Positions 50,447-64,000 of a stretch of DNA of 64,000 nucleotides are shown here, piece by piece. A model generated the notes under the pieces. The model had not been told where the DNA came from. It ran no database searches and saw only the letters and a list, made by a program, of their open reading frames with translations. This DNA is from Amoebidium appalachense (Eukaryota; Protista; Ichthyosporea): NCBI GenBank assembly GCA_963693365.1, contig CAVNZM010000007.1, positions 5,887,962 through 5,951,961 on the forward strand, in the 5' to 3' direction. How positions within the stretch are numbered: position 1 is the first letter of the stretch; each line of letters opens with the position of its first letter. A program made the position numbers and the translations under genes.

Positions 50447-51863
50447 ATGGGGCGATTCCTAGCCTCCCTATTCCTCTTTGCACTGGTGTGTATATTTCCA
50501 CTAAGCACCGCGGCAGCCTCGACAAGGCGCAAGAGGGTGGCCAATGCTGCCTCTAAAGTCGGCGAGGTCATCCCCATTGTACCCATCCACGCCGTGCAAA
50601 CTCCCATCTACTCTCCACCAGCTGAAACAGGTGATTCTCATTCGGAAACCGAAAACGAGGCGTCAAAACCAAAGCCCGTGGCTTCGGAACCAAAATCAAC
50701 TGGTTCTCTTGCTGCCACTACCAATAAAGCACCCAAAGCGAGCAAAACAACTGCGCCCAAACCAACCGCAAACGACCTGGCAAAAATACCCGTGTCGAAC
50801 AGCACAACGGGAAAGAACGGCACCTCAACAGCTGCATCTGCGACCCATGGGAACAACACCGCCAGTGCATCGACCGGGAAAGACGGAGGTAACGGCACCG
50901 TAGCAGCCGGCGAGAAAGAAAACACAAATGCAAACGGTAATGGGACGGTGGGCTCTAACGGAAATGGCGCCGAAAACGGATCATCAGAAACACCCGTGTC
51001 TTTAACAAGCCCAGCAGCTACTGTTGGAAAAAACACTACCACCGCTTCGAATGGAAACGGGGGAAATAACGGTACGGAAACAGCCGGCGAGAAGGAAAAC
51101 ACAAGTGCAAACAGTACTAGCACGGTAGTTTCTATTGACAATGGCACCACTCTGGCCACGAACCCGAACACCACCGATCGTAATCAAGCCGCTAGTGGAA
51201 ACAAAACCGGTGGAAATGCGACCGTTGGGCAAAAAGCACAAAGTACCAACGGGAATGCACAGGGCACAATGACTAATGCAACTGATGGTTCAACAAGTAG
51301 ACCTGGGAATGCAACGAGCACAAATGAAGCCGGGGACGTGCCCAGCAATGGCATGGCAGGTAGTGTTCAACAGGTTACTGTGGTCAATGCCACTCAGGGC
51401 CAAACGGTAACAGTGAACATTCCAAAACAAAACACAACAGCAACGGGAAACACCACCGTGGGAACGGGCCAGCAGCCAAATGCAACCACAAACGCCACGC
51501 ACTCGGTCAATGATACGCACTATGCTACTGCTAGCAATGGCAACTCCACGCAGGTGGTTGCAAACAGTACTTTGAGCAATGGAAATGCAACGACGACAAG
51601 TGTTGCGCCTGACACACGTGCGGCCGTGTCCGGTTCGACCAATAGCGGCGCTGCAGGTGCAGGTGCCCCTGCTGGGCAGTTGGCTAGCGAGACAACGGCA
51701 AGGAGCAGCGGTGAGTGAGTGTGTGTGCGTGTGCGCGAGTGCACGCATATGTTCTTATGTTTGTGAGAGTGTGTACATGTGCGTTCATCCCCTTCCCCCT
51801 CTCCCACCCACCCATCCACCCACCGACCTACCCACCCACCCATGGCCTTGCACTCTCTCTCTC

Positions 51864-51896
<33 letters not shown>

Positions 51897-52371
51897 AAAA
51901 AAAAAAAAACATACACACACACACACATACACACCTTTTTTATCCCTGTGGAGAGGACGGAGGGGATCATTTCGTAGAATGTTTATGCAATTTTTTGACG
52001 AGTAGGGGCAAACGTGGTGGGCCCACAAGAGCACCCCTTTTTTTATGCCTCTGGATCTTTTTCCATATCCTTTTTTCAATTTAGCGGGTTTGGCAATCTT
52101 TCTCTAACTTTTTTTCTTCTTTCTTTTTTACCCCACAGGAGGTGTTGCAGGAGGCACTATTGCCGGTGCCGTTTTGGGTGGTGTGGGTGCGGCGGCTATG
52201 GCGGCCGTTGGTGCTGCATATGCGGCAAAGTCGGGTTTGATTGGTGGGGCTTCCGCTGGCGCGGCGGCTCCGGTCGACCCGTTTATCGACGGTGCAAATG
52301 TGAGCCCTGCCTTCCAGCCGGCTGCTCAGGAGGTTACGAACCCTCTCTACCAACCACCATCGTCAGCTTAA
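50447..52371 (+). CDS. Mucin-like, N-glycosylation-rich type I membrane protein with NPxY cytoplasmic tail (~498 aa, 2 exons)
   Basis: Exons 50447-51710 and 52139-52371 (G|GTGAGT...CACAG|GA). Signal peptide, RRKR, T/N/G/S/A-rich ectodomain with many NxT/S sites, Gly/Ala hydrophobic segment, tail ANVSPAF...TNPLYQ. Confidence 0.85.
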
Positions 52372-53167
52372 TGATTATTGGTTTTTTAAGTCTAATTTTT
52401 TTTAATTTGGTGGTTTGGTCTGTGATTGTGTGATGTGGTGGTTGGGTGAGGGTGGCGGTTGGGGTGATGTGGAGGTGTTGTAGACGTGGGAATGTGTGTA
52501 AGGACATGTGTACATGTGGGCTTGTATTGGTTAAGACACCAGAACTGAGGGGATATCATTGGAGGCACATATACACGTGATGATAAAGATAGGTTAATCA
52601 ATATGCTTTTACTTACATGTGGGTGGCCAAATTAGTATACGTAAATGTTTGCCAACAAATATACCGAGCTGCAGCTGTGCATTTTTTTCGTTTTGGATTG
52701 ATGCGCGTCTACTGCATGCCACACCGATTTGTTTGTTGTTTTCTCTTTCCTGACTTCCCTGGACTCTTTTCTTATGTGTGTGTGTGTGTGTTTGTTTGCT
52801 TTTTTTTTGTGTGTGTGTGTGTGTGTTCGCGGGGGGGATGAGTTACCTGCAAATACTTTAAGGAGCAATCCTAATTAGTTGACTTGCAAATTCAACTCCT
52901 GTAAGATTTATGTGTGTACGTAGAAATGTACATATTCGGACTGGATCCGATTTTTTGTAGATAGTTTGGCCATAATGTACAAAATAAAACTTAGGCCCTT
53001 CTCTTTCAACAAGAACCTGTACTGCAGCTACACAGTTCAGACTCATAACTCCAACAAGCGCTTGAATATGTGGTGGCGCTACAACATTGTACGCGTCACG
53101 CTGGCAGCTGCAGAGTAGTATTCCTCCCCTCCCCCCCCCCCCCCCCCCCCCCCCCCTGGGGGGGGAC

Positions 53168-53215
53168 ACTTTGCCTATTGAACAAAAAACTGCTTTGCCT
53201 ATTGAACAAAAAACT
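53168..53215. repeat. 24-bp tandem duplication
   Basis: ctttgcctattgaacaaaaaact occurs twice. Confidence 0.8.
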
Positions 53216-53598
53216 AGATCTGCAACCTGAGCGGGTGACGCTTCCAAAACCTTGATAGCCTGCTAGTCTCTTTAGCAAGAATATGAGGTAACCCAGCCAT
53301 GTTCAATGCACCCATATGCATGCACGTAATCAAGTAGAATTTGCCGATGATCTGAATGCAAGCACGGTACCATACCATTTGCATGATAGCTAGCTATATA
53401 TTAGCTAAGTGAATGGGTCGGATCCGAACCGGTAGCTACACTAGGCACTGTGCATATGACTCAGGTACCACACCTCGGGCCTGGGCGGCTTCTCTCAATC
53501 TCAATATGCACCCTCCATTTTCACCTTATACAGTGTACACTTGTTGTCCGGCCATCTCCGTACGTGCAGTGAACGTAAACGCTATTCTTTTACGCATA

Positions 53599-53652
<54 letters not shown>

Positions 53653-54447
53653 TTCTTCCTTTCCCCCAAACTCCAAGTTGTTGTACTAGTACTGGGGACT
53701 CTGAGCTCTCCATCTATAAGAGGATTCCTTTGCACGCATATGCACGCACGGTGATTCGGACGCTTATAAACAAAGAGATTGCCCCCATATATACGTAAAG
53801 CACAGGCACTGATTCATTTTGACGGAAAAAAAAACATGACATGCTGAATTCACATCGCAATTTATTAACCCTTTAGTGTTTCCAGTGTCCATGGCCAGAC
53901 ACACCATGACGTCACCACCAGCTCCGAAAATAAGTCGTTCTATACATAACCAAAACGGCGCTTTACGTGTATCCGGGCACTGCACGCAGTACCGTCAGTT
54001 CGATGTCACCCGTATATTTAATAATCTGTACTTACAATTGTTGCAACGGCATAACAGGTACACACAAAACAAGCTAATATACCAGAGCTCCTAGTTGAAA
54101 AGATCCGCGTAAGCTCGGTTGGTTAATAACTTTGTGACAACAAAAACACAATCAGAGGAAAAGGCAAAACGGCCACGAACCTGAACACATGGATGAACGA
54201 CTGAATAAAGGGTACATCACAATGCTTCGGGTCAAAAACATGGCCTCAATCGTTGCCTATGACGATAAAAACGTATATAAGACACACAACATTATATTCT
54301 TATGCTCAAACTATACAAGTTTCAATCATATCATTAACAGTTCAACCTATCTATGTACATGAACGGTTTGAGGAAGGGGACGAAATTTGTGCACCGCCTT
54401 GTCAAAGACGGGCACTGTGTGTTTGTGTTGGAAGACGAGGAGGAGGA

Positions 54448-54481
<34 letters not shown>

Positions 54482-54779
54482 GGGGGGGGGGGGGGAGGGG
54501 GGGGGGGAGATGTGTGCAGGGGTGTGTGTGCGATGGTCACCGTGCTGATGGTGACGGTGTGTTTTTGCTTCCGTGTGTGTGTGTCTGTGCAGATTTGCGG
54601 ATGTAGCCGTGGCAGTGGCGATGGTGGTTTATGTGTGCATGCGCGGATGTGTGTTTGTGTGTGTCGTTGTGTGTATGATGTCTGTCTCTCCCTCTCTCTG
54701 TGTGTGGTGTGTGTGTATGTGTACGTGTGTGTGCCTGTGTGTGTGTAAGTGCATGTGTGTGTCTGCGAGTTTATCGGAC

Positions 54780-57770
<2,991 letters not shown>

Positions 57771-58611
57771 TTTCGTTCCCTGCATCCACAACCGAACTTC
57801 AGTATTAGTGTATGCAGGTTTTCGACAAGTGACGTAAGTCCAGAAATTGCATTTTTCTATTTGCTTGCATAAAGGGTATATGAAGCTCTGTCTTTTTTCC
57901 CGTCCCGGTGTGGCAAATACACACAAGAACGCATGCAAGACATTCACACACAATAACCCACACGAGACCTTGCACAGGGACCGCACACTTGCAGAGTGTA
58001 CACACGTGTACGCATACACCAACAAATAAAGCCCACGTGACGAAGCACGTACAAGTACGTGTATGAGGCGCAGGCTGTTTCACACACACAACCACACCTG
58101 CACCCTTTGTCTCCACCTGCACTGAAACAAAACGTCACAGACATGGTTGAAATGAAGTGCACACGAGAGTGGAAAACTGCGTGAAAGGCAATTCACACAC
58201 GTTACTGCACATGTCCACAAGGTTTGCCCGAGCACAGAAATATTCCTTAAAAAGCACGTGCAATTACGTCCAACCATAAGCACATTACACAGACTGTGCT
58301 GCTGACCGAGTATGACCAGCGCTATCACCATGAATCAGGCACCCATGTACTTTCTATGTTCTGAAAACGTTGGCTGGTTTGTGTGCAAAAGTGAAACAAC
58401 GCGGGCACAACCCAGAGAGAACAAGCATCTGGCATCACCATCTTACCGTAATGTTTGTAGTGACCTCTTAAAATACTTTAAGCCTCGAATAATAATCGTT
58501 CGCAAGAAAACTGCTGATAATCACAAGGAAACCTTAGCACCTACAATAAAACAGTTGAACAGCTGACTGAGCCTCAGAGCGGCACAAAACTATTGTTAAA
58601 GATCGGTCGAC

Positions 58612-58690
58612 CTTTATATTGCTAACGCGCTGGGCGGAGGAAACCCTAATGTCATGCTTGCGCAAGTTGATTGTGCCAATCGCGGACGGC
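58612..58690. promoter_or_regulatory. Candidate promoter elements upstream of the small minus-strand gene
   Basis: GC box TGGGCGGAG 58631-58639, telo-box AAACCCTAA 58641-58649, CCAAT ~58676 in a CpG-rich SSR-free stretch. Confidence 0.3.
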
Positions 58691-59289
58691 GTGCAGTGAG
58701 CAGTTGTTGCCGCCGGTCCGGATCCTAGCGCCCAACCAAGCTCACGGCTAAAGGTGACACTGTGACATGTTTGTACTGGCTCACGGTACAGGCTGACTGT
58801 AGTTGAGTTTGTCGCCCTGTAAGTTTGAGGCGAAGCGCTCCAGGACTCATAGTTTTCAGCTTATAGTGTTACGATGGTAGAAGCTTGCGGGGTCGTGGCT
58901 AGGGAGAGCCATCCAGGGCACTCAAATAGTCTTGAAACAAACATGGACTATACCGAGTAGAGCAAATGAGTAGAGCCCTGAGTTGTGTCCTTACAGTAAG
59001 AGCACACATTACAAACTACCAAGCCTAGCTCGACCTCCTATTCAGATGCCAGCCGTTTATCAACCCCGTTTCAGTCATGTCAGTCGCAATCTCAGCATTG
59101 AGAAAGTGGTTCTCATTCAGAGGGTAGCCCCCCCCCCCCCTCCCCCCCCCCCCCTGTGTGCTTTACTTCGCTCCCCCCCCCCCCCCCCCCCCCTCCCTCC
59201 TCCTTTTCTTTCTTCGTTATTCTCCATATCTACTTACTGCACACGGGTAAGTTATTACAGTTTCCCATCTTTCGGCTTTGGTGCTTTAC

Positions 59290-59328
<39 letters not shown>

Positions 59329-59793
59329 CCTCCCGCCCGTCCCTTTCTTTTTTCTCTATTCCCAACACCTACTGCGCACGGTCAGGTAATTGCGGTCACT
59401 CCTTTCGACCAAGCTTCTTCTATTGCGTTGAACTACCAGGGTATCCCCCCCCCCCCCCCCCCCCCCCCTTCTCCCCCCCCCCTTTTGCGGCCTCCCCCTA
59501 TCGCCAACACCTCTCCCCCCCCCCCCCTCCCCCTCCCCTCCCCACCCACCCACTCCTTTTGTTGGGTTTTCCTTGTTTTTTTTTTTTTTTTTTTTTTGTC
59601 ATGTCTTGCTGTCATATCGGCCAAAGCAAATTTCTCGAACTTCCAACTCCATACCCTCCCTCCCCAATACACACACAAGCACACACAACACACACACACA
59701 GACTTCTCCCCATCCCCATCTTTCCCATCCTCCCAGCCGCTCTCCAGGCATGAGCAAAGGTTGTGGCACTCGGTTTGGTTTACCGCTGTACTT

Positions 59794-59833
<40 letters not shown>

Positions 59834-60038
59834 CTACCCATCTCTGGGCCCTCCCTCCCCCCTCCCTCCCCCCCCCCCCCCCCTCCCCCCCCCTCCCCTC
59901 CAATCTCCCCCTATTCTCCCTCCCTCCCCCACTCCCTCCCTCCCTCGCTCCCTTCCTCCCCCTCCCTCTCCCCCTCTCCCTCTCCCTCCCTCCCTCTCCC
60001 CCCTCCATCCCTTCGTTCCCCCCCCCCCCCCCCCTTCT

Positions 60039-60069
<31 letters not shown>

Positions 60070-60436
60070 CTATACGGCCTCTCTTAGCCTCTTCCCTTCT
60101 TCCCCCCCCCCCCCCCCCCCCCAAGCAATCCAAATTCCTACACCTTCTGAACATCTTCCCAACGCAATATTGATTCGACACCACAACACCCTTTCTGCCC
60201 ACATCTCTGTCTCTGCAATCCCTTAGTTACCCTTCCCTGCTGTGCCCTCACGGTGGTCTCAAAGTCTGTGTCACATGTTTTGGTTTGCCCTAGAATGCAA
60301 TCCTCCTTTTCATTGTTTTGTTTTTTTCCACTCGTTTAGCCCCCCCCCCCCCCCCCCCCCCTCCCCCCCCCCCCCTTCCCCCCTTTTATTTCAAGTGAAG
60401 CAGTATCTGAGTTGATTGATTTCGTCAACGAGGTGA

Positions 60437-60490
<54 letters not shown>

Positions 60491-60852
60491 TGTTTGTTCT
60501 TTTCCGTGTGTATCTCCCGATCTATCCCCGCCTCCCCCCCCCCCCCCGAAAAAAAAACAAAAAAAAAAAAACACATCCTCACACCACAAAAATCTCAAGC
60601 CTTATAAAGCTACCTCATATAAAGTCCCTTTCCGGTCCCCGGCCCCTGTGTCTATTGACACAGAAACCCCCATCTACAAAGAAATTCGAATCATTTCTCC
60701 TCGTGGCAGTGGTTACCGTACTGGCATATTGTAGTGTGTATGCCCTGTGATGTAGTCTCAACACTTAACCACCCACGTATATACACACCAAACACACAAA
60801 CACACACGCACACGTGACACACACAACACACATCCGCGCACGCGCGCGCGCG

Positions 60853-60904
<52 letters not shown>

Positions 60905-63729
60905 GTACACACAATACACCTATATAAAGACCTGCACTTCAACATGTACGTGCACCTGTACAGTCTAACTGGAAAAGCAAAAAAAGGACGGCTTAATGCA
61001 TTTGCTATGCAATAGTGCACCTCCCCATCGCCCCCACGGCACCTCTTACACACTTGAAACATGTGCACTGCAGTCGTCACACAGCCCACCGAGCCCAGCT
61101 GCAGGCCCTGAGCTGTCATTGGGCAACCATCATCATCATCCCCCCCCCCCCCCCCCCCCCCCAAACAACAACAACAAATATTTGAGGCATACTCTTTCAC
61201 GGTTATTTTAAGTTGCAATCTGCGTTGAGTTGTCCGTCATGAATGTGTACTTCGTACCGTAGGCTGTAACTCTTTCTATTACCCCCTCCCCCCCCCCCCT
61301 ACACCATCACAACACACACACACACACAAACAACCACACCCACCCACCAACCCAAACTCTCCAACACTTCCACACACACAAGAGCGCGGTACCGTGAGCT
61401 CTTACTTCTTAGTCACATAGGCACAGGCACCGGCACACACAAACACAAACACGGCACATACACATACATACACAACTACAAAGGTAAACGTGCGTGCGTG
61501 CGCGCTTTGTGTGTATGTATTGACGTCACACAGTATTTACGTGCGTGCATATTCGTGGGTGACTGTGTGTGTGTGGCCCAGTACAGGCATCGAGTTTTAA
61601 GTGCATGTGTGGACGCGCAGGGAGGGAATGGTTATGGTTGCAAGTGTCTACATCTGCATGTGCGTGTGCACGCGTGTGCGTACACTTGTTTGTAAGCGTT
61701 CGTGCGCGATACTTTATGCGTACCTCGCACGTGTGACGTACAGGCACAGGGGGAAAAGCGTTTTCCTTTTAGCCAGGCTATATTTCGCACAGAATCCTTG
61801 CTCTCAACTGTTTGAGTGCTATGGGTTAACACCTATCTTTTACGCATCACGCTACTACATATGCCATTGGCAACTTAATACGTCTCGGGCAGAACTCCGA
61901 GAACAGCCTGGTAATAGGGCGAATGTGTAAGCATGCGTGTGCGTGAGTGTTTTTCCCTCTGAAGCATCCTTGTACAAACAGAGTTACCTCATGCTCTCGG
62001 GCTGATAGGCCGTTGGGGCTCTCTTTGGGGGGGAAAAAACAAACATCACATGTTCCCTTGTTTTTAATGTTTTATGAAAGATAGCCTGGAACGTTGGTGT
62101 TCTAGAAGGGTCGTCAGCCATCCGTGATCTCGAGGGAACAAGAAAAAAAAGAAAGAAAGAAAGAAAGAAAAGAAAAAAGCGCTCATACAGGCTCGGCTCA
62201 TACAGGCCGTTTGCCGGCTTTTCGCTGCGCAAAAGCTGCCGCGTGTCACTGCGTGACATATAGCTAATTGCAGCGGATTATTTAGTCGCATTTGATTGGT
62301 GTATTCATTTCATATGTGTCAAATTACGAGATAGCATTATCAAGGTCGACACATCGTTAAGTCCAAGCCTCATGAAGTGTCCAACAAAACCGTAAACAGT
62401 GCGTGGCTCAGATAGCAAGTCCCAACGTCTCATCTGATTGGATAGGGACCTTGAGCCAACGCGAAGCAAATCTTCCTAACTCACGCATCTCTTCAAATGT
62501 GCTGTATGTGGCCCTTTGTAAAGGAACCTAGAATCTGTATAATACGCCATTTCTACTTGTGTGTATATATATCAATCACACCCGCATACTTATAGGATGG
62601 AAAAAAACAAAAAAAAAAACAGATAAACAACAGTATTTCTAGCCAGCCCGGCTGTGACATGCAACTCGTGATCACAGCCAACCATTTTAGGGGTTGACTA
62701 AACACCATCTTGCCCACCCTCATCCCGGTATGTTGTTCCCAGGTGCTGCGTAAAAGTTGGTGTGTCACTGTGTGCACAAGTGCACGTGTAACGTGTGCAC
62801 GTGTTTTCAGGTTTGATGCCGGAAGGAGCACAACAAAGGGGCTGTTACCTTTGGATACATAACGCCATTACCGAGCTGCATGGTGATATAAAGGGAAAAT
62901 GTCGACGTTCTGGTATTACCAATGAGTTACGTTCATGAGAGGGGTTTGACCAGGCTGACTCCCCGGGTGTGGCCACGATGGTGGCCATCGGCAGACTCCA
63001 TCATGGCTTAGCTCAAGACATTTTCACGATGTTACAGCAGTAGGCCAAAAGGCAAAAAAACTGTGCTTTAGCTTGATGTGCATGAATAGTGGCATCCGCA
63101 TGTGCCCATTACGGGTACACATGTATCACCCCGCAAGTCTTCTTCCACAATCCTTGTTGCACGTTTATCAGTGCACTCTGACTTACGTATACCCAATGTT
63201 TGCATTTATTAATCCCCAGTCAGGAACAACTGGTGCCGGTAAATACCTACACATCTGCAGACAGGCATTAGTGTACTGTCGGTGCTGTGTGGTAGACGGT
63301 AGTTCCCTCGAGGGCCTGCAAGGATCCTCCGGGAACATTTGTACAAATTGTGATAAAATCATATTAAAAATGAAGGCAGGCATTACACGTTAAACTTTCC
63401 CTATGCTGAGCTAGCAGTCACTCACTTGCAGGGTTAAAAAGGTTGGTGTTTTTACATGGGTCTAGTTTTGCAGTGTATCCTCGCCCTCATTTTGCATTGC
63501 GAATTCAGTGGTGTACACTACTGTAACCAACATATCAAAAAGCAGGCTAAGGGAGAACCTTGCATTTACCAGGACAACGGTTCGAAAACTGTTGTTGTGT
63601 TGGCTATTAATAGAATTGGTTTGTGCTACTTCTTAACTCTCCTTCCTTGAGGAGTTCTTCTTAGGGTGAACTTATTTCAACCACCGTGTGAGCTTTTCAT
63701 AGCGACACTTGAAGAGGTGTGGTGTTGGT

Positions 63730-63853
63730 CTAGGCCTGGGCCGGGAAGTAGTACATCTGGGCAAAGTGGCCATGGGTGGCTGGGTACGTGTACTCGGCCA
63801 CATGGTTGTAGAAGAGCGCCTTGTCCTCGGCTGCCTCCGACGGAAAGTGGTGG
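63730..63853 (-). CDS. Terminal coding exon of an unidentified gene extending beyond the right edge
   Basis: (CA)n...CATAG acceptor, then HHFPSEAAEDKALFYNHVAEYTYPATHGHFAQMYYFPAQA* with host-like GC3 codon bias. Confidence 0.65.
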
Positions 63854-63880
63854 CTATGTGTGTGTATGTGTGTTTGTGTT

Positions 63881-63968
<88 letters not shown>

Positions 63969-64000
63969 ACGGTGTGTTGTGGCCAGGTATGGTTGGTTGG

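Noticed and set aside
52925-53440. Possible MITE with GGATCCGA inverted motifs
   Set aside because: The inverted match is too short and no TSD was found.
60396-60432. Apparent plus-strand microexon EAVSELIDFVNE
   Set aside because: It matches a dispersed repeat also found at 5267-5307 in the opposite orientation.
58983-62260. Possible gene(s), e.g. a minus-strand MADDPSRT... exon at 61988-62121
   Set aside because: No convincing chain of exons or recognisable protein; could be non-coding or UTR.

Overview
Eukaryotic genomic DNA with small exons separated by introns packed with (CA/GT)n, (CT/GA)n and poly-C/poly-G tracts. Most ORFs in the supplied track are microsatellite artefacts. An opisthokont microbial eukaryote is my inference from gene style only. 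Host genes rebuilt by hand from GT-AG splice sites and reading-frame continuity: (1) the 5' two-thirds of DNA polymerase delta catalytic subunit (POLD1, minus strand, runs off the left edge); (2) a divergent 14-exon JMJD4-type JmjC hydroxylase (plus); (3) a secreted, N-glycan-rich type I membrane protein with an integrin-beta/Sib-like NPxY tail (plus); (4) a small 4-exon orphan gene (minus); (5) the last exon of an unidentified gene at the right edge. The 32-49.5 kb block is a three-level transposon nest. A decayed LINE is split inside a zinc knuckle by a young 12-kb chromodomain Ty3/gypsy element (TSD TATTG). That element carries a 3.6-kb non-autonomous LTR element inserted exactly at its integrase stop codon. 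A tRNA-derived SINE with an 11-bp TSD lies just downstream. Several MITE-like relics are present. Best leads: the nested non-autonomous LTR element (doubled PBS, ACGA array, dUTPase-like relic), a positional simple-repeat pattern at splice sites, duplicated decoy splice junctions in POLD1, and the NPxY-tailed mucin-like receptor.
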